A stretch of 18,110 nt of DNA from Verrucomicrobiota bacterium (GTDB lineage: Bacteria; Verrucomicrobiota; Verrucomicrobiia; Limisphaerales; CANJXF01): positions 1 to 18,110 of the forward strand of contig JBBQRQ010000105.1 in assembly GCA_038214755.1 (NCBI GenBank), given 5' to 3'. How positions within the stretch are numbered: the first letter of the stretch is position 1; each line of letters starts with the position of its first letter. Below the pieces are notes generated by a model. It made no database searches. It saw nothing but the letters and a program-made list of their open reading frames with translations, and was not told where the DNA came from. This document shows, in pieces, positions 8,360 through 15,876 of this stretch. The position numbers and the translations under genes were made by a program.

Positions 8360-8558
8360 TTGTCCCGAAGGGACTTGTTGAGAATAGCCCGGCGTTGCAA
8401 CGCCGGGAAAACGGTCGCAATTTATTAGTCCCGTAGGGACGGTCGAAATTCCTGGTCATTGAATGTATTTTCAGCCGTTCCTTCGGAACTGAATCCCTCT
8501 CCACCGCTATCCCGGCGTTCAAACGCCGGGCTATTATCGAATCTCCCTTTCGGGACAA
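8360..8558. repeat. ~200-bp composite palindromic element (BIME/REPIN-like)
   Basis: Ends ttgtcccgaaggga / tccctttcgggacaa are inverted. aatagcccggcgttgcaacgccggga pairs with tcccggcgttcaaacgccgggctatt. Inner agtcccgtagggacggtcgaaa pairs imperfectly with tttcagccgttccttcggaact. Confidence 0.85.
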
Positions 8559-8664
8559 ACTCAGGTGAGCCATTGCTCAAAAAGTCAGATGCGCCCTAAC
8601 TGGCAAATTTCCTGATTCGCGCCATTGCCTTACGATGGAAGTTCCGTAACTTGTCCGCTTCGCA

Positions 8665-10368
8665 ATGACCAGCCATAGCCCAACTAAAAAACCGATTCGC
8701 GTCGGATTGATTTCCCTCGGTTGCGCGAAAAATTTGGTGGACGCCGAAGTGATGCTTGGCTCGCTCATTAAAAGCGGCGTGGAAATTACGAACGACGCCG
8801 CCTCCGCCGATGTCGTCATCGTCAATACCTGCTCGTTTATCGACGCGGCGCAGGAGGAAAGCGTTGACGCGATCCTCGAATCGGCCGAGGTGCGTGAGGC
8901 GAATAATCGCGGGCAAGGGCTGATTGTTTCCGGCTGTTTGCCGCAACGTTTTCGCGATGATCTTCCGAAACTTTTTCCCGAAGTCGATGCGTTCATGGGC
9001 ATCGATCAAGTGGCCCAAGTTTCCAACATCGTGGAACAGGCGATGGCGCGCCGGGTGGAGAAGATTCAGAAGAAACACCGAACACCGAACATCGAACACC
9101 AAACATCGAAGGAAAAAATCATCGGGCGCTTTTCTGAAATCAAGATGGATAAAAGCGAAACTTCCCTGGCCGCAGACGAAAACATTCGCGGCACGGAAAA
9201 GTTTGGCAACACCAAAACCGTGGTTGCTCCTCACGTTTCACGTTTCACGCCTCCACCTTTCTTCGACGTTACGGCTCGCCCGATTTACATTCCTGATTTC
9301 GCCACGCCGCGTTTTCGTCTCACGCCGAAACATTTTGCCTATGTAAAAATTGCCGAGGGCTGCAACCATCCGTGCAGCTTTTGCATCATTCCGCAAATGC
9401 GCGGCAGCCATCGCAGTCGTGTTCAAACCGACATCGTCCGGGAAGCGCGTCAACTCATTGCAGAGGGCGTGAAGGAATTGAATTTGATTTCGCAGGACTC
9501 GACGTATTACGGACTCGACCTCCGCGCCAATCACAGCCGCGCGATTGCTTCGCCGGAGAAATTCAACGCCGCCGCAAAATCTTTGCCCGCGGATGCCACG
9601 ACGCTTTGCACCTTGCTGCGCGAACTGAATTCTTTGCCCGGCGATTTTTGGATTCGTTTGCTCTACACGCATCCCGCGCATTGGACGGATGAGTTGATTC
9701 GCACCATCGCCGAATGTCCGAAAGTTGCGCGTTACGTGGACATGCCACTGCAACACATTCACGAGAACATGCTCGAACGAATGCGCCGCGAAACCTCGCA
9801 GCAATACATCGTGGATCTGATTCGGAAAATTCGCGCGGGCATTCCGGGCATCGCGATTCGCACGACATTCATCGTCGGATTTCCCGGAGAAACGGACGCC
9901 GCGTTTGAAACGCTTTTGCAATTTATTCGCGAAACGAAATTCGAGCGGCTCGGAGTTTTTTCCTATTCGCAGGAAGAAGGCACGCGCGCCGGCAAAATGG
10001 AAAATCAAATTCCCAACGCCGTGAAAAAGAAGCGGCACAAACTGGCGATGTCCGAACAATTGAAAGTTGCGCGAGAAATTTCCCAATCCTTCGTCGGACG
10101 GGAAATCAAAGTGCTCGTGGAGAAAGAAGCCAACGCGCGCGAATTGCAGAACGCGCATGTCAGTTCGTGGGAACACCGTCTGATGCGTTCTGAATCAAAT
10201 CAAAATTCCAAATTCCAAATTAAAAATTTTCTGGTCGCCCGCGGAGAAGCCGACGCGCCGGACATCGACTGTCGCGTTTTTGTGCGCGGCAAACTTCCTC
10301 TGGGCGAATTCGCCCGCGTAAAAATCGTCGGCCACACTGACTACGATTTGATTGCGGAAGCCTCCTAG
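8665..10368 (+). CDS. rimO: Ribosomal protein S12 methylthiotransferase, with low-complexity insertions
   Basis: SLGCAKNLVDAE, NTCSFIDAAQEES, SGCLPQR, KIAEGCNHPCSFCIIP (radical SAM CxxxCxxC), RTTFIVGFPGET, TRAM DAPDID. Confidence 0.96.
   Translation: MTSHSPTKKPIRVGLISLGCAKNLVDAEVMLGSLIKSGVEITNDAASADVVIVNTCSFIDAAQEESVDAILESAEVREANNRGQGLIVSGCLPQRFRDDLPKLFPEVDAFMGIDQVAQVSNIVEQAMARRVEKIQKKHRTPNIEHQTSKEKIIGRFSEIKMDKSETSLAADENIRGTEKFGNTKTVVAPHVSRFTPPPFFDVTARPIYIPDFATPRFRLTPKHFAYVKIAEGCNHPCSFCIIPQMRGSHRSRVQTDIVREARQLIAEGVKELNLISQDSTYYGLDLRANHSRAIASPEKFNAAAKSLPADATTLCTLLRELNSLPGDFWIRLLYTHPAHWTDELIRTIAECPKVARYVDMPLQHIHENMLERMRRETSQQYIVDLIRKIRAGIPGIAIRTTFIVGFPGETDAAFETLLQFIRETKFERLGVFSYSQEEGTRAGKMENQIPNAVKKKRHKLAMSEQLKVAREISQSFVGREIKVLVEKEANARELQNAHVSSWEHRLMRSESNQNSKFQIKNFLVARGEADAPDIDCRVFVRGKLPLGEFARVKIVGHTDYDLIAEAS
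9074..9110 (+). repeat. Heptamer tandem repeat (AACAYCR)x5 within rimO
   Basis: aacaccg aacaccg aacatcg aacacca aacatcg aa. Confidence 0.85.
9231..9249 (+). repeat. Heptamer tandem repeat (TCACGTT)x~2.7 within rimO
   Basis: tcacgtt tcacgtt tcacg. Confidence 0.65.
10197..10230 (+). repeat. Heptamer tandem repeat (AAATTNN) within the rimO TRAM region
   Basis: aaatca aaattcc aaattcc aaattaa aaatttt. Confidence 0.6.
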
Positions 10369-10424
10369 AGAAATCGACAATCGGATTTGGGCAAAAACAA
10401 ACCGGAGGTTCATCACCAGCTTAT

Positions 10425-10433
10425 TGCTAAACT
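10425..10433 (+). promoter_or_regulatory. Candidate extended -10 promoter (TGcTAAACT) for the Abi-like gene
   Basis: TGn+TAAACT lies about 50 nt upstream of ATG 10484, implying a start site near 10440. No good -35 is visible. Confidence 0.4.
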
Positions 10434-10440
10434 GGGAGAG

Positions 10441-10480
10441 GAATCGCCCCCGGACAGTGAGAAAACTCTACCGGAAAACC
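10441..10480 (+). ncRNA. Candidate structured leader / antitoxin RNA upstream of the Abi-like gene
   Basis: cccccggacagtgagaaaactctaccgg can fold with a CCGG/CCGG basal stem and a GAG-aaaa-CUC apical stem. It is short and weak. Confidence 0.3.
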
Positions 10481-10483
10481 ACC

Positions 10484-11161
10484 ATGAGTCAACCGACATT
10501 TTTGCTTAGAATTGAACGTGTATTTTCCAAAACGCGATTTGATTCCTACAAGAATGGAGAATCGGCGAAAATCGCGCTGGCGCGACACATGTGGAACACC
10601 GCCCTTTGCGAATGTTTGTATCCTTTATTTCAAATTCTGGAAGTTGGATTCAGAAATTCTGTGCATTACGAGATTTCCAAACACGCAAAAGATGATCGAT
10701 GGCTTGCCAACGAGCTGGGGATACTTCGGACCGACGAATTGAACGCGGTGAAGTTGGTAAAAAAGAACTTGCTCGAACGTGCAAAACCAATCTCCGAAGA
10801 CTTTTTAGTGGCAGAACTGAGTTTCGGCTTTTGGACAAGTTTATTGGACGCACATTATGAAACGATGTGGCACAAAATCATTGGGGGAGTTTTTCCAGAA
10901 ATGCCTCGAACATTAAGAACACGCCGGGAAGCATCGAAATTGATGAACCAAGCCCGACGATTGAGAAACGCCGCTCTTCATCATCATTCGATTTGGCATT
11001 GGAGGGATTTAGAAAAGCAGCACAGCGACCTGCAACTGTTGATTTCATATATTTGCCCCTCGCTTTCTGCCATTGGGAAAAAAACCGATCGATTCCCAGT
11101 AATCTATTCAGGCGGTCACCTTCAGTTTGAAAATCTCGCCGACGAACTCACTTCCATTTAA
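10484..11161 (+). CDS. Abi-like (Abi_2/AbiD-AbiF related) HEPN RNase family protein
   Basis: S..RF..Y, WN..L...LY..FQILEVGFRN, LVAELSFGFW and the HEPN Rx4H motif RNAALH(H) at 10964-10981. Visibly more AT-rich than its neighbours. Confidence 0.85.
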   Translation: MSQPTFLLRIERVFSKTRFDSYKNGESAKIALARHMWNTALCECLYPLFQILEVGFRNSVHYEISKHAKDDRWLANELGILRTDELNAVKLVKKNLLERAKPISEDFLVAELSFGFWTSLLDAHYETMWHKIIGGVFPEMPRTLRTRREASKLMNQARRLRNAALHHHSIWHWRDLEKQHSDLQLLISYICPSLSAIGKKTDRFPVIYSGGHLQFENLADELTSI

Positions 11162-11290
11162 AAATCCGGCTAACCGCACGGCGGAACTTTTGTTATTCTG
11201 GCCCTCTGGCAAACCTGTCACTGCAAATGGTTTTACTTGCGCTGGCCTTTGCTCTAATTCGTTCCTCGAAATTCGTCTTTCACCGCTTGC

Positions 11291-11902
11291 ATGAACGTCC
11301 CGAATAAATTGACCGTTTCGCGATTCATCCTCACCGTCGCGTTTCTGGCCGTTTTTTTCTCGCGCGTTCGCTATCACGAAACGATTGCCCTGGCCCTTTT
11401 TTCCATCGCCAGTTTGACCGATTATTTTGATGGCAAGATCGCGCGGCGGGACAAACTCATCACGAACTTCGGCATTTTGATGGACCCGCTCGCGGACAAA
11501 ATTTTGATTTGTTCGGCGTTCATCGCGTTCGTGGATCGCGCTCCCAACCGGCAGGAACTGGAATGGATGCCGGCATGGATGGCGGTCGTGGTGGTCGCGC
11601 GCGAGTTGGCGATCACAGGATTGCGTCTGCTCGCGGCGTCGCAAAACATTGTGCTCTCTGCGGAACGCTACGGTAAGGACAAAACCATTTCCCAAATCGT
11701 TTGCATCATCTCGATTCTGGTGCTGGCGAGTTACCGCGACTGGGGTTGGTTTGGGAAAATTTTTTCGTTCAACTTATTCGGTTGGGGGCCGTGGGCCGTC
11801 TGGTTTACCGAAGTATCCAAGTGGGCGGCGGTGGCGCTGACCGCGTATTCGGGGGCCGCTTATTTGTGGAAGAATCGCAATGTGTATATGGGCGATCTGT
11901 GA
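11291..11902 (+). CDS. pgsA: CDP-diacylglycerol--glycerol-3-phosphate 3-phosphatidyltransferase
   Basis: MNVPNKLTVSR, TDYFDGKIARR...TNFG..MDPLADK, ARELAITGLR. Confidence 0.95.
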   Translation: MNVPNKLTVSRFILTVAFLAVFFSRVRYHETIALALFSIASLTDYFDGKIARRDKLITNFGILMDPLADKILICSAFIAFVDRAPNRQELEWMPAWMAVVVVARELAITGLRLLAASQNIVLSAERYGKDKTISQIVCIISILVLASYRDWGWFGKIFSFNLFGWGPWAVWFTEVSKWAAVALTAYSGAAYLWKNRNVYMGDL

Positions 11903-11903
11903 C

Positions 11904-12016
11904 CGGAGCGCAGGTTTTCAACCTGCGAGTTTTCGGAAAGAATTGACGGCACAGACAGTATCATTCGCTGCCGATTGGAAATCGGCGATACGGCAGGTTT
12001 AGAAACCTGCGCTACG
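11904..12016. repeat. REPIN-like element (partly degenerate; same family as 12564-12681)
   Basis: cggagcgcaggttttcaacctgc ... ctgccgattggaaatcggcgatacggcaggtttagaaacctgcgctacg. Confidence 0.8.
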
Positions 12017-12031
12017 ATTTTAGGGAATTTC

Positions 12032-12544
12032 ATGGTGTCTCGATTTATTCTTTGGTTGGCGCAAGGTCTTGGAGTCGGGAGAATTCCCGTCGCGCCCGGA
12101 ACGGTTGGTTCGCTCCTCGGTCTAATCTGGTTTTGGGTTTTGCTTCTGCCGAAAAGCCCGCTGATTTTCGCGCTCGGAATTCCCGTCAGCATTTTTATTT
12201 CGGTCTGGCTTTGCGGCGCGGGTGAGAAAATTTTGAAGCAACGCGATCCCGGCTCAATCGTACTGGATGAAATTATTGCGATCCCAATTTGTTTCGGAAG
12301 CTGGCTGGCGTTTTTATTTTTAAAGAAAGGTTTTTGGCCGGAGCCGGAATATTTTTTTTCGGAACGAACCTGGCCGATGACTCTCGGCGTTTTGCTTTTG
12401 TTCCGATTATTCGACATCGCCAAACCGTGGCCGATCAAGCAGAGCCAGAATTTGCCCGGCGGCTGGGGCGTGACGGTGGACGATTTGCTGGCGGCGCTTT
12501 ACGTGAATATTGTTGCGGCAATTATTTTGATCGCGAGAGGCTGA
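12032..12544 (+). CDS. pgpA: Phosphatidylglycerophosphatase A
   Basis: G.G.IPVAPGTVGS, DPGSIVLDEI, LFRLFDIAKPWPI, GGWGVTVDDLLA. The ORF-track extension to 11975 runs through a REP. Confidence 0.93.
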   Translation: MVSRFILWLAQGLGVGRIPVAPGTVGSLLGLIWFWVLLLPKSPLIFALGIPVSIFISVWLCGAGEKILKQRDPGSIVLDEIIAIPICFGSWLAFLFLKKGFWPEPEYFFSERTWPMTLGVLLLFRLFDIAKPWPIKQSQNLPGGWGVTVDDLLAALYVNIVAAIILIARG

Positions 12545-12563
12545 ACCCGGATTTTGCATTCGA

Positions 12564-12681
12564 CCGTAGCGCAGCTTTGCAAGCTGCCGTATCGCAGGTT
12601 TGCAACCTGCTGGCCGTCGTTGAATCAAGCGCCTGCCGGTTGCAAACCGGCGATACGGCAGGTTACAAACCTGCGCTACGG
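12564..12681. repeat. GTAG-type REPIN between convergent pgpA and the SSS gene
   Basis: ccgtagcgcagctttgcaagctgccgtatcgcaggtttgcaacctgc ... ccggttgcaaaccggcgatacggcaggttacaaacctgcgctacgg. Long imperfect arms, each with internal hairpins. Confidence 0.9.
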
Positions 12682-14289
12682 ACTCTTTGTCATCGGACGA
12701 ACAAGAAATGCGACGGCGACGGTGATGGCCGTTCCAATCAGCGTGAACCAGGCGAAGGCAATTGTTACTGGCAATTTGAATTTTGCGACGTGGCCGTTCA
12801 AACATTCCGCCACGTTTTGGAGGAGAACGGATTTGTTCGGATCGGTAACCCAAAGGTTTTGCACGATGGGACTGATGTAGGTCATCACGCACAGTGACAC
12901 GATCATACCGGTGATGACAGAGACAGCGTTGCCGCGTTTCCAAAACACTGCGAGAAATAACCCGCCGAGTAATGCGCCGCTGGTCAGGCCGCGCAATTTG
13001 AAAGCGATATCGAGGACGAAGGTCACTTCGCGGCTGAGATAAGCGACGAAGATCAGCGCGGCAGCCCAGACAATAGTCGAGACCTTGCTGAAGTGAAGGA
13101 AGAACGATTCGGATTTTCGTGGCAGAATTTTCTTCACAAAATCCATCGTTGAAACCGAGGCGAGTGAAGTCAGAGCCGAACTGACCGAAGACATCGCGGC
13201 GGACAGAATCGCGACGATCAAAAAGCCTTTCAGGACATGTGGCACGCCGGTGAGCATGAAGATCGGGTAAATAAAATCGTTCTTCTTGATGCCGCTTCCC
13301 GGTCGGACTTCGGGAATGAACGGCGAGAGATCAGCTTTGTGCGTCGAGTAAACCCAGAGCATCGCGCCAACCAAGAGGAAAATTAGAAAAAGCGGAAAAA
13401 CCAAAACGGCGCTCAACGCCAAAGCTTTCCGGCCATCGCGCACGGTCTTGCAGGCAAGAACGCGTTGCACGATGAGTTGCTCCGCGCCGTGCGACGACAT
13501 GACCATCACCGTGCCGCCGATGACGCCCATGAAAATATTCATCGGGTCTTCGAGCACGGCTTTCCAACCGAGCCAATTTCCATCGGGAGAAAAATTCATA
13601 TTGAGCCAATGAAGTTTCGCGCCTTCTTTCGCCAGTTTGAAGACTTCCGTCGCGCCGCCGTCGAAAAGATGCGGGATGTAAAACAAAGTGAAAAGTCCAC
13701 CGAGCAGGAATAGACCGAATTGCACGGCATCGGTCCAGATCACGGCTTTGACGCCGCCGATGTAAGTGTAAACCAGTGAGAGCACGACGAACAAAATGAT
13801 CGCGGGCAAAATACTGATGCCGAGCATGAGTTGGATCGGAATGCAGGCGACATAAACGCGCACGCCGGCGGCGAGAGTTTCGCTCAAGAGAAAAAATCCA
13901 CCGGCGGTTTGGCGCGCGGAGTGGCCGAGGTTGTCCGCAAAAAGTTGGTAGGGCGAATAAATTTCTCCCTTGAAATAGTGCGGCACCATCACGACGGCCA
14001 AAATGATGCGCGCGATGACGTAACCGATAATGAGTTGAATGAACGCGAGATTGCCGCCGAAGGCCATCGCGGGAACGCCGATGATGGTCAGCGCGCTGGT
14101 TTCCGCCGCGACGATGGACAGGCCAATTCCCCACCACGGAATATCTTTGCTGCCGAGAAAATAATCGCGCGTGTTTTTTTGGTCTCGCCCAAACCAAACG
14201 CCGAGCAAAATAATTCCCAGCAAATAAACGATGATGACCGACCAATCGGCGGCGTTGAGATATTGCGCCAAAGAAATTGTCTGTGCCAT
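12676..14289 (-). CDS. Sodium:solute symporter (SSS) family transporter
   Basis: DYFLG...PWW.IGLSIVAAETSALT, YTYIGGVKAVIWTDAVQ, QLIVQRVLACK, AAMSSVSSAL, and many TM segments. Start at ATG 14289; the upstream extension is REP-derived. Confidence 0.93.
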   Translation of the reverse strand: MAQTISLAQYLNAADWSVIIVYLLGIILLGVWFGRDQKNTRDYFLGSKDIPWWGIGLSIVAAETSALTIIGVPAMAFGGNLAFIQLIIGYVIARIILAVVMVPHYFKGEIYSPYQLFADNLGHSARQTAGGFFLLSETLAAGVRVYVACIPIQLMLGISILPAIILFVVLSLVYTYIGGVKAVIWTDAVQFGLFLLGGLFTLFYIPHLFDGGATEVFKLAKEGAKLHWLNMNFSPDGNWLGWKAVLEDPMNIFMGVIGGTVMVMSSHGAEQLIVQRVLACKTVRDGRKALALSAVLVFPLFLIFLLVGAMLWVYSTHKADLSPFIPEVRPGSGIKKNDFIYPIFMLTGVPHVLKGFLIVAILSAAMSSVSSALTSLASVSTMDFVKKILPRKSESFFLHFSKVSTIVWAAALIFVAYLSREVTFVLDIAFKLRGLTSGALLGGLFLAVFWKRGNAVSVITGMIVSLCVMTYISPIVQNLWVTDPNKSVLLQNVAECLNGHVAKFKLPVTIAFAWFTLIGTAITVAVAFLVRPMTKSP

Positions 14290-14390
14290 CCGGGCGAATT
14301 TTGTAGAGAAAAAAATTTCGAGCGAGCGAAAAAAATCAAGCGGCTGGAAACAGACGGGTGTGGTTGTGGCGGTCACTATCGGTGCTATTA

Positions 14391-14493
14391 AAAGCGGCGG
14401 AGGGCCGCCGCACTCCAAGACGCTCGCGCGAATTTCGATGGCGCATCAATGGCGCGATCGCGTCTTGGAGTGCGCCAGCCCTCTGGCGCTCTT
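14391..14493. repeat. REPIN-like element (GGAGTGCG family)
   Basis: 15-bp perfect inverted repeat cgcactccaagacgc (14409-14423) / gcgtcttggagtgcg (14460-14474), with outer hairpins gcggcgg-agg-gccgccgc and gcgccag-ccct-ctggcgc. Confidence 0.85.
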
Positions 14494-14551
14494 GTTCCGA
14501 CCGCCAGTTTAAATCACACCCGAAACAGACAGGGCAGCAAGAGAGATCCCA

Positions 14552-14634
14552 CAAAGCAGCGCAGCGCGTCTCGCCTGCGCCCGCCTGGCTTTGTTCCTTT
14601 TTACTGCGCAGGCGAGACGCGCTGCGCTACTTTG
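14552..14634. repeat. GTAG-type REPIN
   Basis: 23-bp perfect inverted repeat agcgcagcgcgtctcgcctgcgc (14558-14580) / gcgcaggcgagacgcgctgcgct (14606-14628), extending after one mismatch to caaag/ctttg. Confidence 0.88.
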
Positions 14635-15301
14635 CTTCCAGAATGCGGTCGGGAAGAAAATAAAATGATTTCGCGAGGAGCGCCTGTTCAATGGATTTAG
14701 GAATAGTTGAACAAGTTTCCTCGATCAATTGTTGGCCATCAGTTTCGGGAAACAAAAATCGGCGCGAGGCGGCGCGGACAAACCCGGCGATAACTTGTTC
14801 GGAGTAATGAAGAAGCCCCTGTCGCAGCGGGAGGAAAAAACTGGCGAGAGTGATTCCGTGCACCAAGGTGTGCCAGGCGTAGGCGTGGCCGGCATCGACG
14901 GCGGAAATGTAGCGGAGCAAACCTTTTTGATCGCGCATTGGCCGCAGGCGACGAAGTTGAATTCGCCCGATGCGCTGGCTGGCGGCTGCGAAGAAGTCGA
15001 GGCGCGTTTCTCGAATTAAATTTTGATCGAGCACGATTAATTCTGAGAATTGATTTTTGCTCGCATGAAGATAGGCCTGGCAAATGAGGGGCAATTCGAG
15101 CGGCGCGAGAAGTTGCGCGTGATAATCTTGGAGAAACTTTTTCAGATCGGGAAAATTGTTGATGTGGTTTAAAGGCAATGACGTGTTGACTGCGCTAGCC
15201 AGCAATAAACCGTCGGACGAGCCGAGTTGGTCGATCAACGGATGGACATCCTGAAAAAGATTTTCCGCCGGTTGCTCCAAAATGTTTTGTGCTTGGCTCA
15301 T
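14627..15301 (-). CDS. UreF-like (urease accessory fold) protein
   Basis: LELP, LDQ, AASQRIGRIQLR, H.LVHG, LLHY...GFVRAA.R and TDGQQLI resemble the UreF core. The canonical UreF N-terminal DSxLPxG motif is not evident. Confidence 0.6.
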   Translation of the reverse strand: MSQAQNILEQPAENLFQDVHPLIDQLGSSDGLLLASAVNTSLPLNHINNFPDLKKFLQDYHAQLLAPLELPLICQAYLHASKNQFSELIVLDQNLIRETRLDFFAAASQRIGRIQLRRLRPMRDQKGLLRYISAVDAGHAYAWHTLVHGITLASFFLPLRQGLLHYSEQVIAGFVRAASRRFLFPETDGQQLIEETCSTIPKSIEQALLAKSFYFLPDRILEAK

Positions 15302-15447
15302 GCTGTATCGTTGGCAAAAAACTTTCGCCGAACCTGGCAAACGTTAGCGGGATTGAAGTGAGCCACAAAGAGCGAAATCTTTTTTACGGAAAATTTTTGA
15401 GTTGATTTCTTGCGAGCGAGTCGTGGGAAACTGACTGACGTTGTGAA

Positions 15448-15560
15448 GGAGCGCGGACGTTCTCGTCGGCGAGTTCAGTTTTGAGAACACTTCCAATGGA
15501 GCTTTAATTAATTCGATTTGCTCCACCATTAGAATTCGCCGACGAGAACGTCCGCGCTCC
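15448..15560. repeat. GGAG-type REPIN
   Basis: 25-bp perfect inverted repeat ggagcgcggacgttctcgtcggcga (15448-15472) / tcgccgacgagaacgtccgcgctcc (15536-15560), with inner tggagc...gctcca stem. Confidence 0.9.
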
Positions 15561-15579
15561 AATTTAAAAGACGAAATTG

Positions 15580-15876
15580 ATGACGCGCCATTGTTACAAA
15601 TGCGGATGGGAATGGTCGCTCGCCGGGCAGCCCGGTCGAAGTGAATCATGTCATCGCTGCCACGCGGATCTTCGGGTTTGTTTGAATTGTTCGAGCTACG
15701 ACGCGCGGGTGGCGCATCAATGCCGGGACCGCCGGGCCGAGCCGGTGGCGGAAAAGCATGTCGGAAATTTCTGCGAATATTTTGAATTGGTGCGGCGGGA
15801 ATTCATCGTGAGCGATGAAGCCAATCCTCGCGAATCCGCGGCGCGCGAGCAGTTGAAAAAACTTTTTGGAGATTAA
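15580..15876 (+). CDS. Small Cys-rich putative metal-binding hypothetical protein
   Basis: CYKC, CHRC, CLNC plus two further Cys (QC, NFCEYF), and a C-terminal AREQLKKLFG helix. Confidence 0.8.
   Translation: MTRHCYKCGWEWSLAGQPGRSESCHRCHADLRVCLNCSSYDARVAHQCRDRRAEPVAEKHVGNFCEYFELVRREFIVSDEANPRESAAREQLKKLFGD

Noticed and set aside
8625..8652. Possible sigma70 promoter TTGCCT-16-TAACTT before rimO
   Set aside because: The match is moderate and cannot be distinguished from chance without TSS data.
10352..10483. N-terminal extension of the Abi-like ORF
   Set aside because: It overlaps the end of rimO and the candidate promoter. Family-like sequence begins after ATG 10484.
10369..11290. Possible att sites or target duplications around the Abi-like gene
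   Set aside because: I could see no convincing direct or inverted terminal repeats, so it is not called a mobile element.
12289..12943. ORFs with repeated peptides (e.g. CKPAIRQ, VAQVCNLPYRR)
   Set aside because: These are translations of the REPIN plus shadows of pgpA and the SSS gene.
14290..14700. Short ORFs and the SSS N-terminal extension MECGGPPPL
   Set aside because: They read through REP palindromes and show no protein-like signal.
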